Of a stretch of 64,000 nt of DNA, positions 52,901 through 64,000 are shown in pieces. A model generated the notes under the pieces. That model did no database searches, was not told the DNA's origin, and saw only the letters and a program-made list of their open reading frames with translations. Location of the stretch: the NCBI GenBank assembly GCA_964016885.1, contig OZ024744.1, forward strand, positions 22,630,001 to 22,694,000, given 5' to 3'. Every line of letters begins with the position of its first letter. The first letter of the stretch is position 1. The position numbers and the translations under genes are program-made. This DNA is from Eledone cirrhosa. Lineage: Eukaryota.

Positions 52901-55900
52901 AGACTAGCCTAGCAGAGACTACGCAACTTCAACTAACCTAACAGAGACTGCCCACCTTCGAGAAAACTAACAGAGACTGCCCACCTTCTACAAACCTAAC
53001 AGAGACTGCCCACCTTCGACAAACCTAACAGAGACTGCCTACCTTGACAAGCCTAACAGAGACTGCCCACCTTCGACAGACCTAACATTGACTGCCCACC
53101 TTCGACAATTCTAACAGAGACACCCCACCTTCGACAAACTTACCAGAGACTGCCTACTTTCGACAAGTCTAATCGAGACTGCCCACCTACGACAAACCTA
53201 ACAGGGACTGCCCACCTTCGACAAGTCTCATAGAGGCTGCCCACATTCGACAAGCCTAACCGTAACTGCTCAACTTCAACAAACTTAACAGAGACTGCCG
53301 ACCTTCGACAACTGTAACAGAGACAGCCCACTTTCGACAAGTCTAACAGAGACTGCCCACATTTGACAAGTCTAAATGAGACGGCCCACCTTCGACAAGT
53401 CTAACAGAGACTGCTCACATATGACAAACCTAACAGAGACTGCCCACCTTCGCTGAAATCTAACACAGACTGCCCACCTTCTACAAGCCTAACAGAGACT
53501 GCCGACCTTCGACAAGTCTAACAGAGTCTGCCCACCTTCGATAAGCCTACCAGAGACTACTCAACTTCGACAGGTCTAACAGAGACTATCAACCTTAGGC
53601 AAGTCTAACAGAGACTGCCCACCTTCGACAAGCCTAACAGAGATTGCCCACCTTCGACGAGCCTGACAGAGACTGCCGACCTTCAACAAGTCTAACAGAG
53701 ACTGCCCACCTTCGGTAAAATCTAACACAGACTGCACACATTCGACAAGCCGAACAGAGACTGCCCAGCTTCGACAACTCTTACAGAGACTGCCCACCTT
53801 CGACAAACCTAACAGAGACAGCCCACTTTCAACAAGCCTAACAGAGACTGCCCACATTTGACAAGTCTAAATGAGACTGCCCACCTTCGACAGGTCTAAC
53901 AGAGACTGCTCACATATGACAAATCTAACAGAGACTGCCCACCTTCGCTGAAATCTAACACAGACTGCCCACCTTCTACAAGCCGAACAGAGACTGCCCT
54001 ACTTCGACAAGTCTAACAGAGACTGCCCACCTTCGATAAGCCTACCAGAGACTACTCAACTTCGACCGGTCTAACAAAGACTATCAACCTTAGGCAAGTC
54101 TAACAGAGACTTCCCACCTTCGACAAGCCTAACAGAGGTTGCCTACCTTCGAAAAGTCTAACATAGGCCTCACACCTTCTACAAGCCTAACAGAGACGGC
54201 CCACCTTCGACAAGACTTATAGACACTGCCCACCTTCGACAAGTGTAACAGAGACTGCCAACCTTCGCTCACATCTAACAGAGGCTGCACACCTTCGACA
54301 CGCCTAACAGAGACTCCCCACATTCGACAAACCTAACAGAGAATGCCCACACTTGACAAGTCTTACAGAGACTGCCCACATTCGACAAGCCTAACAGAGA
54401 TTGCCCACCTTCGACAATTGTAACAAAGACTGCTCACTATCGACAAACCTAACGGAGACTGCCCACCTTCGATAACTGTAACAGAGACTGCCCACTTTCG
54501 ACAAGTCTAACAGAGACTGCCCACCTTCGACAAACCTAACACAGACAGCCCACCTTCCACAAGCCTAACAGAGACTGCCCACTGACAAGTATAAATGAGA
54601 CTGCCCACCTTTGAGATGTCTAACAGAGACTGCCCACATATGACAAACCTAACAGTGACTGCCCACTTTCGCTGAAATCTAACACACACTGCCCACCTTC
54701 TACAAGCCTAACAGAGACTGCCGACCTTCGACAAGTCTAACAGAGACTGCCCACCTTCGATAAGCCTACCAGAGACTACTCAACTTCGACAGGTCTAACA
54801 GAGACTATCAACCTTAGGCAAGTCTAACAGAGACTGCCCACCTTCGACAAACCTAACAGAGACTACCGACCTTCGACAAATTTTAACAGGGAATACCCAC
54901 CTTCAAGAAGCCTAACAGAGACTGCCCTGCTTCGACAAACCTAACAGAGACTGCCCACCTTCGATAAGCCTACCAGAGACTACTCAACTTCGACAGGTCT
55001 AACAGAGACTATCAACCTTAGGCAAGTCTAACAGAGACTGCCCATCTTCGACAAACCTAACAGAGACTGCCCACCTATGACAAACCTAATAGAGACTGCC
55101 CACCTTCGACAAGCCTAACAGAGAGTTGCCACCTTCGACCAGCCAAACAGAGATTGCCAAACTTCGACAAGTCTAACAGAGACTACCCAGCTTCGTCAAA
55201 CCTAAAAGAGACTGCCCACCTTCGACAAGCCTAACAGTGTCTATAAATCTTAGACAAACCTAACAGAGTGCCCACCTTTGACAAACCTAGAAGGGACTGT
55301 CCCCCTTCGAAAAACCTAACAGAGACTGCCCTCCTTCGACAAGCCTAACAGAGACTGCCCACCTTCGATAAGCCTAACAGTGCTGCCCAACTTCGACAAA
55401 CTTAACAGAGACTGCCGAACTTCGACAAGTCCAACAGAGACTGCCCACCTTCGCTCAAATCTAACACAGACTGCACACCTTTGACAAGCCTAACAGAGAC
55501 TGCCCACCTTTGACAAACCTGACAGAGACTGCCCACCTTCGACAAACCTAACAAAGACTACCGACCTTCGACAAACTAACAGAGACTGCCCACCTTCGAC
55601 AAACCTAACAGTGACTGCCCATTTTCGACAAGCTTAACAGAGACTGCCAACATTTGACAAGGCTAACAAAGACTGCCACCTTCGATAAACCTAACAGTGA
55701 CTGCCCAACTTCGACAACTCTAACAGAGACTGTCAATCTTAATCAAGCCTAACAGAGACACTCTACCTTTGACAGACCTAACAGAGACTGCCCACCTTTT
55801 TCAAACCTAACAGAGACTACCGACTTTCGACGAACCTAACAGAGACTGCCCACATTCGACAAACCAAACATTGACTGCCCACTTTCGACAAACCTAACGG

Positions 55901-57700
55901 AGACTGCCCACCTTCGACAATTCTAACAGAGACACCCCACCTTCGACAAACTTAACAGAGAATGCCTATTTTCGACAAGTCTAACAGAGACTGCCCACTT
56001 TCGAAAAACCTAACAAAGACTGCCCATCTTCGCTCAAATCTAACACAGACTGCCCACCTTCTACAAACCTAACAGAGACTGCCGACCTTCGACAAGTCTA
56101 ACAGAGACTGCCCACCTTAGATAAGCCTACCAGAGACTACTCAACTTCGACAAGTCTAACATAGACTTTCAACCTTAGGCAAACTCTAACAGTTACTGCC
56201 CACCTTTGACAAACCTAACAGTGACTACCGACTTTCGACAAATCTAACAGCGAATACCCACCTTCAACAAGCCTAACAGAGACTTCCCTACTTCGACAAG
56301 TCTAACAGAGACTGTCCACCTTCGACAAACCCAACAGATACTGCCCACATACGACAAACCTAACAGAGACTACCGACCTTCGACAAACTTAACAGAGACT
56401 TCTCACCTTCGACAACTCTTACAGAGACTGCCCACCTTCGACAAACCTAACAGAGACAGCCCACTTTCAACAAGCCTAACAGAGACTGCCCACATTTGAC
56501 GAGTCTAAATGAGACTGCCCACCTTCGACAGGTCTAACAGAGACTGCTCACATATGACAAACCTAATAGAGACTGCCCACCTTCGCTGAAATCTAACACA
56601 GACTGCCCACCTTCTACAAGCCTAACAGAGACTGCCGACCTTCGACAAGTCTAACAGAGACTGCCCACCTTCGATAAGCCTACCAGAGACTACTCAACTT
56701 CGACAGGTCTAACAGAGACTATCAACCTTAGGCAAGTCTAACAGAGACTGCCCACCTTCGACAAGCCTAACAGAGATTGCCCATCTTCGAAAAGTCTAAC
56801 TTAGGCCTCACACCTTCTACAAGCCTAACAGAGAAGGCCCACCTTCCACAAGACTTATAGACACTGCCCACCTTCGACAAGTGTAACAGAGACTGCCAAC
56901 CTTCGCTCACATCTAACAGAGGCTGCACACCTTCGACACGCCTAACAGAGACTCCCCACATTCGACAAACCTAACAGAGAAAGCCCACACTTGACAAGTC
57001 TTACAGAGACTGCCCACATTCGACAAGCCTAACAGTGATTGCCCACCTTCGACAATTGTAACAAAGACTGCTCACCATCGACAAACCTAACGGAGACTGC
57101 CCACCTTCGACAACTGTAACAGAGACTGCCCACTTTCGACAAGTCTAACAGAGACTTCCCACCTTCGAATAAACCTAACAGAGACAGCCCACCTTCCACA
57201 AGCCTAACAGAGTCTGCCCACTGACAAGTATAAATGAGACTGCCCACCTTCGACAGGTCTAACAGAGACTGCCCACATATGACAAACCTAACAGAGACTG
57301 CCCACCTTCGCTGAAATCTAACACAGACTGCCCACCTTCTACAAGCCTAACAGAGACTGCCGACCTTCGACAAGTCTAACAGAGACTGCCCACCTTCGAT
57401 AAGCCTACCAGAGACTACTCAACTTCGACAGGTCTAACAGAGACTATCAACCTTAGGCAAGTCTAACAGAGACTGCCCACCTTCAACAAACCTAACAGAG
57501 ACTACCGACCTTCGACAAATTTTAACAGGGAATACCCACCTTCTACAAGCCGAACAGAGACTGCCCTACTTCGACAAACCTAACAGAGAATGCCCACCTT
57601 CGATAAGCCTACCAGAGACTACTCAACTTCGACAGGTCTAACAGAGACTATCAACCTTAGGCAAGTCTAACAGAGACTGCCCATCTTCGACAAACCTAAC
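29000..57700. repeat. Large tandem duplication within the satellite (about 29.0-42.2 kb versus 42.2-57.7 kb)
   Basis: Paired ORFs at offsets 13273 (31017/44290, 31770/45043, 33405/46678), 13707-13708 (33928/47636, 37343/51050, 37701/51408), 15740 (38389/54129, 38767/54507) and 15650 (41117/56767). The marker TTAGAGTGGTCGATTAACC occurs at ~30390 and ~43663. Confidence 0.93.
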
Positions 57701-60700
57701 AGAGACTGCCCACCTATGACAAACCTAATAGAGACTGCCCACCTTCGACAAGCCTAACAGAGAGTTGCCACCTTCGACCAGCCAAACAGAGATTGCCAAA
57801 CTTCGACAAGTCTAACAGAGACTACCCAGCTTCGTCAAACCTAAAAGAGACTGCCCACCTTCGACAACTCTAACAGTGTCTATAAATGTTAGACAAACCT
57901 AACAGAGTGCCCACCTTTGACAAACCTAGAAGAGACTGCCCCCTTCGACAAACCTAACGGAGACTGCCCTCCTTCGACAAGCCTAACAGAGACTGCCCAC
58001 CTTCGATAAGCCTAACAGTGACTGCCCAACTTCGACAAACCTAACGGAGACTGCCCTCCTTCGACAAGCCTAACAGAGACTGCCCACCTTTGACAAGCCT
58101 AACAGAGACTGCCCACCTTCGACAAACATAACAGAGACAGCTCAACAGTGAATTTTAACAGGGAATACCCACCTTCAAGAAGCCTAACAGAGACTGCCCT
58201 ACTTCGATAAACCTAACAAAGACTACCGACCTTCGACAAACTAACAGAGACTGCCCACCTTCGACAAACCTAACAGTGACTGCCCATTTTCGAAAAGCTT
58301 AACAGAGACTGCCAACATTTGACAAGGCTAACAAAGACAGCCACCTTCGATAAACCTAACAGTGACTGCCCAACTTCGACAACTCTAACAGAGACTGTCA
58401 ATCTTAATGAAGCCTAACAGAGACACCTACCTTTGACAGACCTAACAGAGACTGCCCACCTACGACAAACCTAACAGAGACAGCCCACCTTCCACAAGCC
58501 TAACAGAGACTGCCCACTGACAAGTATAAATGAGACTGCCCACCTTTGAGAGGTCTAACAGAGACTGCCCACATATGACAAACCTAACAGTGACTGCCCA
58601 CTTTCGCTGAAATCTAACACACACTGCCCACCTTCTACAAGCCTAACAGAGACTGCCGACCTTCGACAAGTCTAACAGAGACTGCCCACCTTCGATAAGC
58701 CTACCAGAGACTACTCAACTTCGACAGGTCTAACAGAGACTATCAACCTTAGGCAAGTCTAACAGAGACTGCCCACCTTCGACAAACCTAACAGAGACTA
58801 CCGACCTTCGACAAATTTTAACAGGGAATACCCACCTTCAAGAAGCCTAACAGAGACTGCCCTGCTTCGACAAACCTAACAGAGACTGCCCACCTTCGAT
58901 AAGCCTACCAGAGACTACTCAACTTCGACAGGTCTAACAGAGACTATCAACCTTAGGCAAGTCTAACAGAGACTGCCCATCTTCGACAAACCTAACAGAG
59001 ACTGCCCACCTATGACAAACCTAATAGAGACTGCCCACCTTCGACAAGCCTAACAGAGAGTTGCCACCTTCGACCAGCCAAACAGAGATTGCCAAACTTC
59101 GACAAGTCTAACAGAGACTACCCAGCTTCGTCAAACCTAAAAGAGACTGCCCACCTTCGACAAGCCTAACAGTGTCTATAAATCTTAGACAAACCTAACA
59201 GAGTGCCCACCTTTGACAAACCTAGAAGGGACTGTCCCCCTTCGAAAAACCTAACAGAGACTGCCCTCCTTCGACAAGCCTAACAGAGACTGCCCACCTT
59301 CGATAAGCCTAACAGTGACTGCCCAACTTCGACAAACTTAACAGAGACTGCCGAACTTCGACAAGTCCAACAGATACTGCCCACGTTCGCTCAAATCTAA
59401 CACAGACTGCACACCTTTGACAAGCCTAACAGAGACTGCCCAGCTTTGACAAACCTAACAGAGACAGCTCAACAGTGAATTATAACTGGGAATACCCACC
59501 TTCAAGAAGCCTAACAGAGACTGCCCTACTTCGACAAACCTGACAGAGACTGCCCACCTTCGACAAACCTAACAAAGACTACCGACCTTCGACAAGCTAA
59601 CAGAGACTGCCCACCTTCGACAAACCTAACAGTGACTGCCCATTTTCGACAAGCTTAACAGAGACTGCCAACATTTGACAAGGCTAACAAAGACTGCCAC
59701 CTTCGATAAACCTAACAGTGACTGCCCAACTTCGACAACTCTAACAGAGACTGTCAATCTTAATCAAGCCTAACAGAGACACTCTACCTTTGACAGACCT
59801 AACAGAGACTGCCCACCTTTTTCAAACCTAACAGAGACTACCGACTTTCGACGAACCTAACAGAGACTGCCCACATTCGACAAACCTAACATTGACTGCC
59901 CACTTTCGACAAACCTAACGGAGACTGCCCACCTTCGACAATTCTAACAGAGACACCCCACCTTCGACAAACTTAACAGAGAATGCCTATTTTCGAAAAG
60001 TCTAACAGAGACTGCCCACTTTCGAAAAACCTAACAAAGACTGCCCATCTTCGCTCAAATCTAACACAGACTGCCCACCTTCTACAAACCTAACAGAGAC
60101 TGCCGACCTTCGACAAGTCTAACAGAGACTGCCCACCTTAGATAAGCCTACCAGAGACTACTCAACTTCGACAAGTCTAACATAGACTTTCAACCTTAGG
60201 CAAACTCTAACAGTTACTGCCCACCTTTGACAAACCTAACAGTGACTACCGACTTTCGACAAATCTAACAGCGAATACCCACCTTCAACACGCCTATAAG
60301 AGATTGCCCTACTTCGACAAGTCTAACAGAGACTGTCCACCTTCGACAAACCCAACAGATACTGCCCACATACGACAAACCTAACAGAGACTACCGACCT
60401 TCGACAAACTTAACAGAGACTTCTCACCTTCGACAACTCTTACAGAGACTGCCCACCTTCGACAAACCTAACAGAGACAGCCCACTTTCAACAAGCCTAA
60501 CAGAGACTGCCCACATTTGACGAGTCTAAATGAGACTGCCCACCTTCGACAGGTCTAACAGAGACTGCTCACATATGACAAACCTAATAGAGACTGCCTA
60601 CCTTCGCTGAAATCTAACACAGACTGCCCACCTTCTACAAGCCTAACAGAGACTGCCGACCTTCGACAAGTCTAACAGAGACTGCCCACCTTCGATAAGC

Positions 60701-62480
60701 CTACCAGAGACTACTCAACTTCGACAGGTCTAACAGAGACTATCAACCTTAGGCAAGTCTAACAGAGACTGCCCACCTTCGACAAGCCTAACAGAGATTG
60801 CCCATCTTCGAAAAGTCTAACTTAGGCCTCACACCTTCTACAAGCCTAACAGAGACGGCCCACCTTCCACAAGACTTATAGACACTGCCCACCTTCGACA
60901 GGTGTAACAGAGACAGCCAACCTTCGCTCACATCTAACAGAGGCTGCACACCTTCGACACGCCTAACAGAGACTCCCCACATTCGACAAACCTAACAGAG
61001 AATGCCCACACTTGACAAGTCTTACAGAGACTGCCCACATTAGACAAGCCTAACAGTGATTGCCCACCATCGACAATTGTAACAAAGACTGCTCACCATC
61101 GACAAACCTAACGGAGACTGCCCACCTTCGACAACTGTAACAGAGACTGCCCACTTTCGACAAGTCTAACAGAGACTGCCCACCTTCGAATAAACCTAAC
61201 AGAGACAGCCCACCTTCCACAAGCCTAACAGAGTCTGCCCACTGACAAGTATAAATGAGACTGCCCACCTTCGACAGGTCTAACAGAGACTGCCCACATA
61301 TGACAAACCTAACAGAGACTGCCCACCTTCGCTGAAATCTAACACAGACTGCCACCTTCTACAAGCCTAACAGAGACTGCCGACCTTCGACAAGTCTAAC
61401 AGAGACTGCCCACCTTCGATAAGCCTACTAGAGACTACTCAACTTCGACAGGTCTAACAGAGACTATCAACCTTAGGCAAGTCTAACAGAGACTGCCCAC
61501 CTTCAACAAACCTAACAGAGACTACCGACCTTCGACAAATTTTAACAGGGAATACCCACCTTCTACAAGCCGAACAGAGACTGCCCTACTTCGACAAACC
61601 TAACAGAGACTGCCCACCTTCGATAAGCCTACCAGAGACTACTCAACTTCGACAGGTCTAACAGAGACTATCAACCTTAGGCAAGTCTAACAGAGACTGC
61701 CCATCTTCGACAAACCTAACAGAGACTGCCCACCTATGACAAACCTAATAGAGACTGCCCACCTTCGACAAGCCTAACAGAGAGTTGCCACCTTCGACCA
61801 GCCAAACAGAGATTGCCAAACTTCGACAAGTCTAACAGAGACTACCCAGCTTCGTCAAACCTAAAAGAGACTGCCCACCTTCGACAAGCCTAACAGTGTC
61901 TATAAATCTTAGACAAACCTAACAGAGTGCCCACCTTTGACAAACCTAGAAGAGACTGCCCCCTTCGACAAACCTAACGGAGACTGCCCTCCTTCGACAA
62001 GCCTAACAGAGACTGCCCACCTTCGATAAGCCTAACAGTGACTGCCCAACTTCGACAAACCTAACGGAGACTGCCCTCCTTCGACAAGCCTAACAGAGAC
62101 TGCCCACCTTTGACAAGCCTAACAGAGACTGCCCACCTTCGACAAACCTAACAGAGACAGCTCAACAGTGAATTTTAACAGGGAATACCCACCTTCAAGA
62201 AGCCTAACAGAGACTGCCCTACTTCGATAAACCTAACAAAGACTACCGACCTTCGACAAACTAACAGAGACTGCCCACCTTCGACAAACCTAACAGTGAC
62301 TGCCCATTTTCGAAAAGCTTAACAGAGACTGCCAACATTTGACAAGGCTAACAAAGACAGCCACCTTCGATAAACCTAACAGTGACTGCCCAACTTCGAC
62401 AACTCTAACAGAGACTGTCAATCTTAATGAAGCCTAACAGAGACATCTACCTTTGACAGACCTAACAGAGACTGCCCACC
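54530..62480. repeat. About 4-kb tandem duplication within the satellite
   Basis: Marker ACTGACAAGTATAAATGAGACTGCCCACCTTTGAG at 54581 and 58516 (offset 3935). Paired ORFs 56767/60788 and 57029/61050 have offset 4021. Confidence 0.9.
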
Positions 62481-64000
62481 TTTTTCAAACCTAACACAGA
62501 CTACCGACTTTCGACAAACCTAACAGAGACTGCCCACATTCGACAAACCTAACATTGACTGCCCATTTTCGACAAACCTAACGGAGACTGCCCACCTTCG
62601 ACAATTCTAACAGAGACACCCCACCTTCGACAAACTTAACAGAGAATGCCTATTTTCGACGAGTCTAACAGAGACTGCCCACTTTCGACAAACCTAACAA
62701 AGACTGCCCATCTTCGCTCAAATCTAACACAGACTGCCCACCTTCTACAAGCCTAACAGAGACTGCCGACCTTCGACAAGTCTAACAGTGACTGCCCACC
62801 TTCGATAAGCCTACCAGAGACTACTCAACTTCGACAAGTCTAACATAGACTATCAACCTTAGGCAAACTCTAACAGTTACTGCCCACCTTTGACAAACCT
62901 AACAGAGACTACCGACTTTCGACAAACCTAACAGCGAATACCCACCTTCAACAAGCCTTACAGAGACAGCCCTACTTCGACAAACCTAACTTAGACTGTC
63001 CACCTTCGACAAACCTTACAGAGACTGCCCACATTCAACAAACCTAACAGTGACTGCCCACTTTCAACAAGACTAACAGAGACTGCCAACATTTGACAAG
63101 GATAACAAAGATTGCCCACCTTCGACAAACCTAACAGTGACTGCCCATTTTCGACAAGCCTAACAGAGACTGCCAACATTTGACAAGGCTATGAAAAACT
63201 GCCCACTTTCGATAAGCCTAACAGTGTCTGCCCACCTTCGACAAGTCTAACAGAAACCTCCCACTTTCACAAGCGTAACAGAGAATGCCCTCCTTCGACA
63301 AGTCTAACATAGACTACCCCCCTTAGACTAGCCTAGCAGAGACTGCGCACCTTCGACTAACCTAACAGAGACTGCCCACCTTCTAAAAAGTAACAGAGAC
63401 TGCCCACCTTCTACAAACCTAACAGAGACTGTTCACATTCGACAAGTCTAACTGAGACTGCCCACCTTCAACCAGTCTAACAGAGACTGCCCACATACGT
63501 CAAACCTAACAGAGACTGCCCACCTTCGACAAACCTAACGGTGACTGCCCACCTTCGACAAACTTAACAGAGACTGCCAACCTTCGACAAGTCTAACAGA
63601 GACTGCCCACCCTCGCTCAAATCTAACGCAGACTGCACACCTTCGACAAGCCTAACACAGACTGCACACATTCGACAAGCCTAACAGAGACTCCCCACAT
63701 TCGACAAACCTATCAGAGAATGCCCACCTTTGACAAGTCTTACAGAGACTGTCCAGCTTCGTCAAACCTCAGAGGCTGCCCACTTTCGACAAGCCTAACA
63801 ATGACTGCTCACCTTCGACAAACCTAACGGAGACTGCCCACCTTCGACAACTCTAACACAGACTGCCCAATTTCGACAAGTCTAACAGAGACTGCCCACC
63901 TTCGACAAGCCTAACAGAGACTGCCCACCTTCGACAAATCTACCAGAGATTGCCCAACTTCGACAAATCTACCAGAGATTGCCAACTTCGACAAACCTAA

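Larger units (their letters stand above)
14617..64000. repeat. 29-bp tandem satellite array, over 49 kb, about 1,700 monomers in a single orientation; runs off the window end
   Basis: Consensus AACAGAGACTGCCCACCTTCGACAA(A/G)(C/T)CT repeated head-to-tail with point variants. No unique spacers and no transposon insertions were seen. Confidence 0.99.

Noticed and set aside
14793-63179. Dozens of 60-120 aa ORFs in the satellite (LSKVGSLC / RWAVSVRLVEGGQSLL)
   Set aside because: The 29-bp period cycles through all three frames with a stop (TAA on +, TAG on -) every 87 nt. ORFs appear only where variants remove a stop.
14617-64000. CRISPR array (29-bp repeat length)
   Set aside because: Monomers are directly head-to-tail with no unique spacers, there are no cas genes, and the context is eukaryotic.
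14617-64000. CENP-B box or canonical telomere repeat in the monomer
   Set aside because: Only TTCGnnnnA matches and the CGGG half is absent. CCTAAC occurs once per monomer, never as tandem TTAGGG or TTAGG.

Overview
Repeat-dominated eukaryotic (animal) DNA with no intact host gene. The SINE types and TA-rich context suggest a cephalopod or other mollusc, but that is inference. Bases 1-14.6 kb are a mosaic of decayed elements: an L1/Tx1-type LINE ORF2 fragment, a CR1-like 3' fragment, three RTE-like LINE fragments, several SINEs, a hAT-like end, a frameshifted Helitron Rep gene with STPR-like 23-aa repeats and no helicase, and microsatellites. The most notable signal is at 6.8-8.2 kb: two small non-coding units in opposite orientation. 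Each is bounded by direct repeats and carries a minimal type I hammerhead ribozyme motif, as in retrozymes and Penelope pLTRs. From about 14,620 to the window end is a 29-bp tandem satellite (consensus AACAGAGACTGCCCACCTTCGACAAACCT, roughly 1,700 copies) with nested higher-order duplications of about 116 bp, 1.1 kb, 2.7 kb, 4 kb and 13-16 kb. ORFs inside the satellite and simple repeats are spurious.
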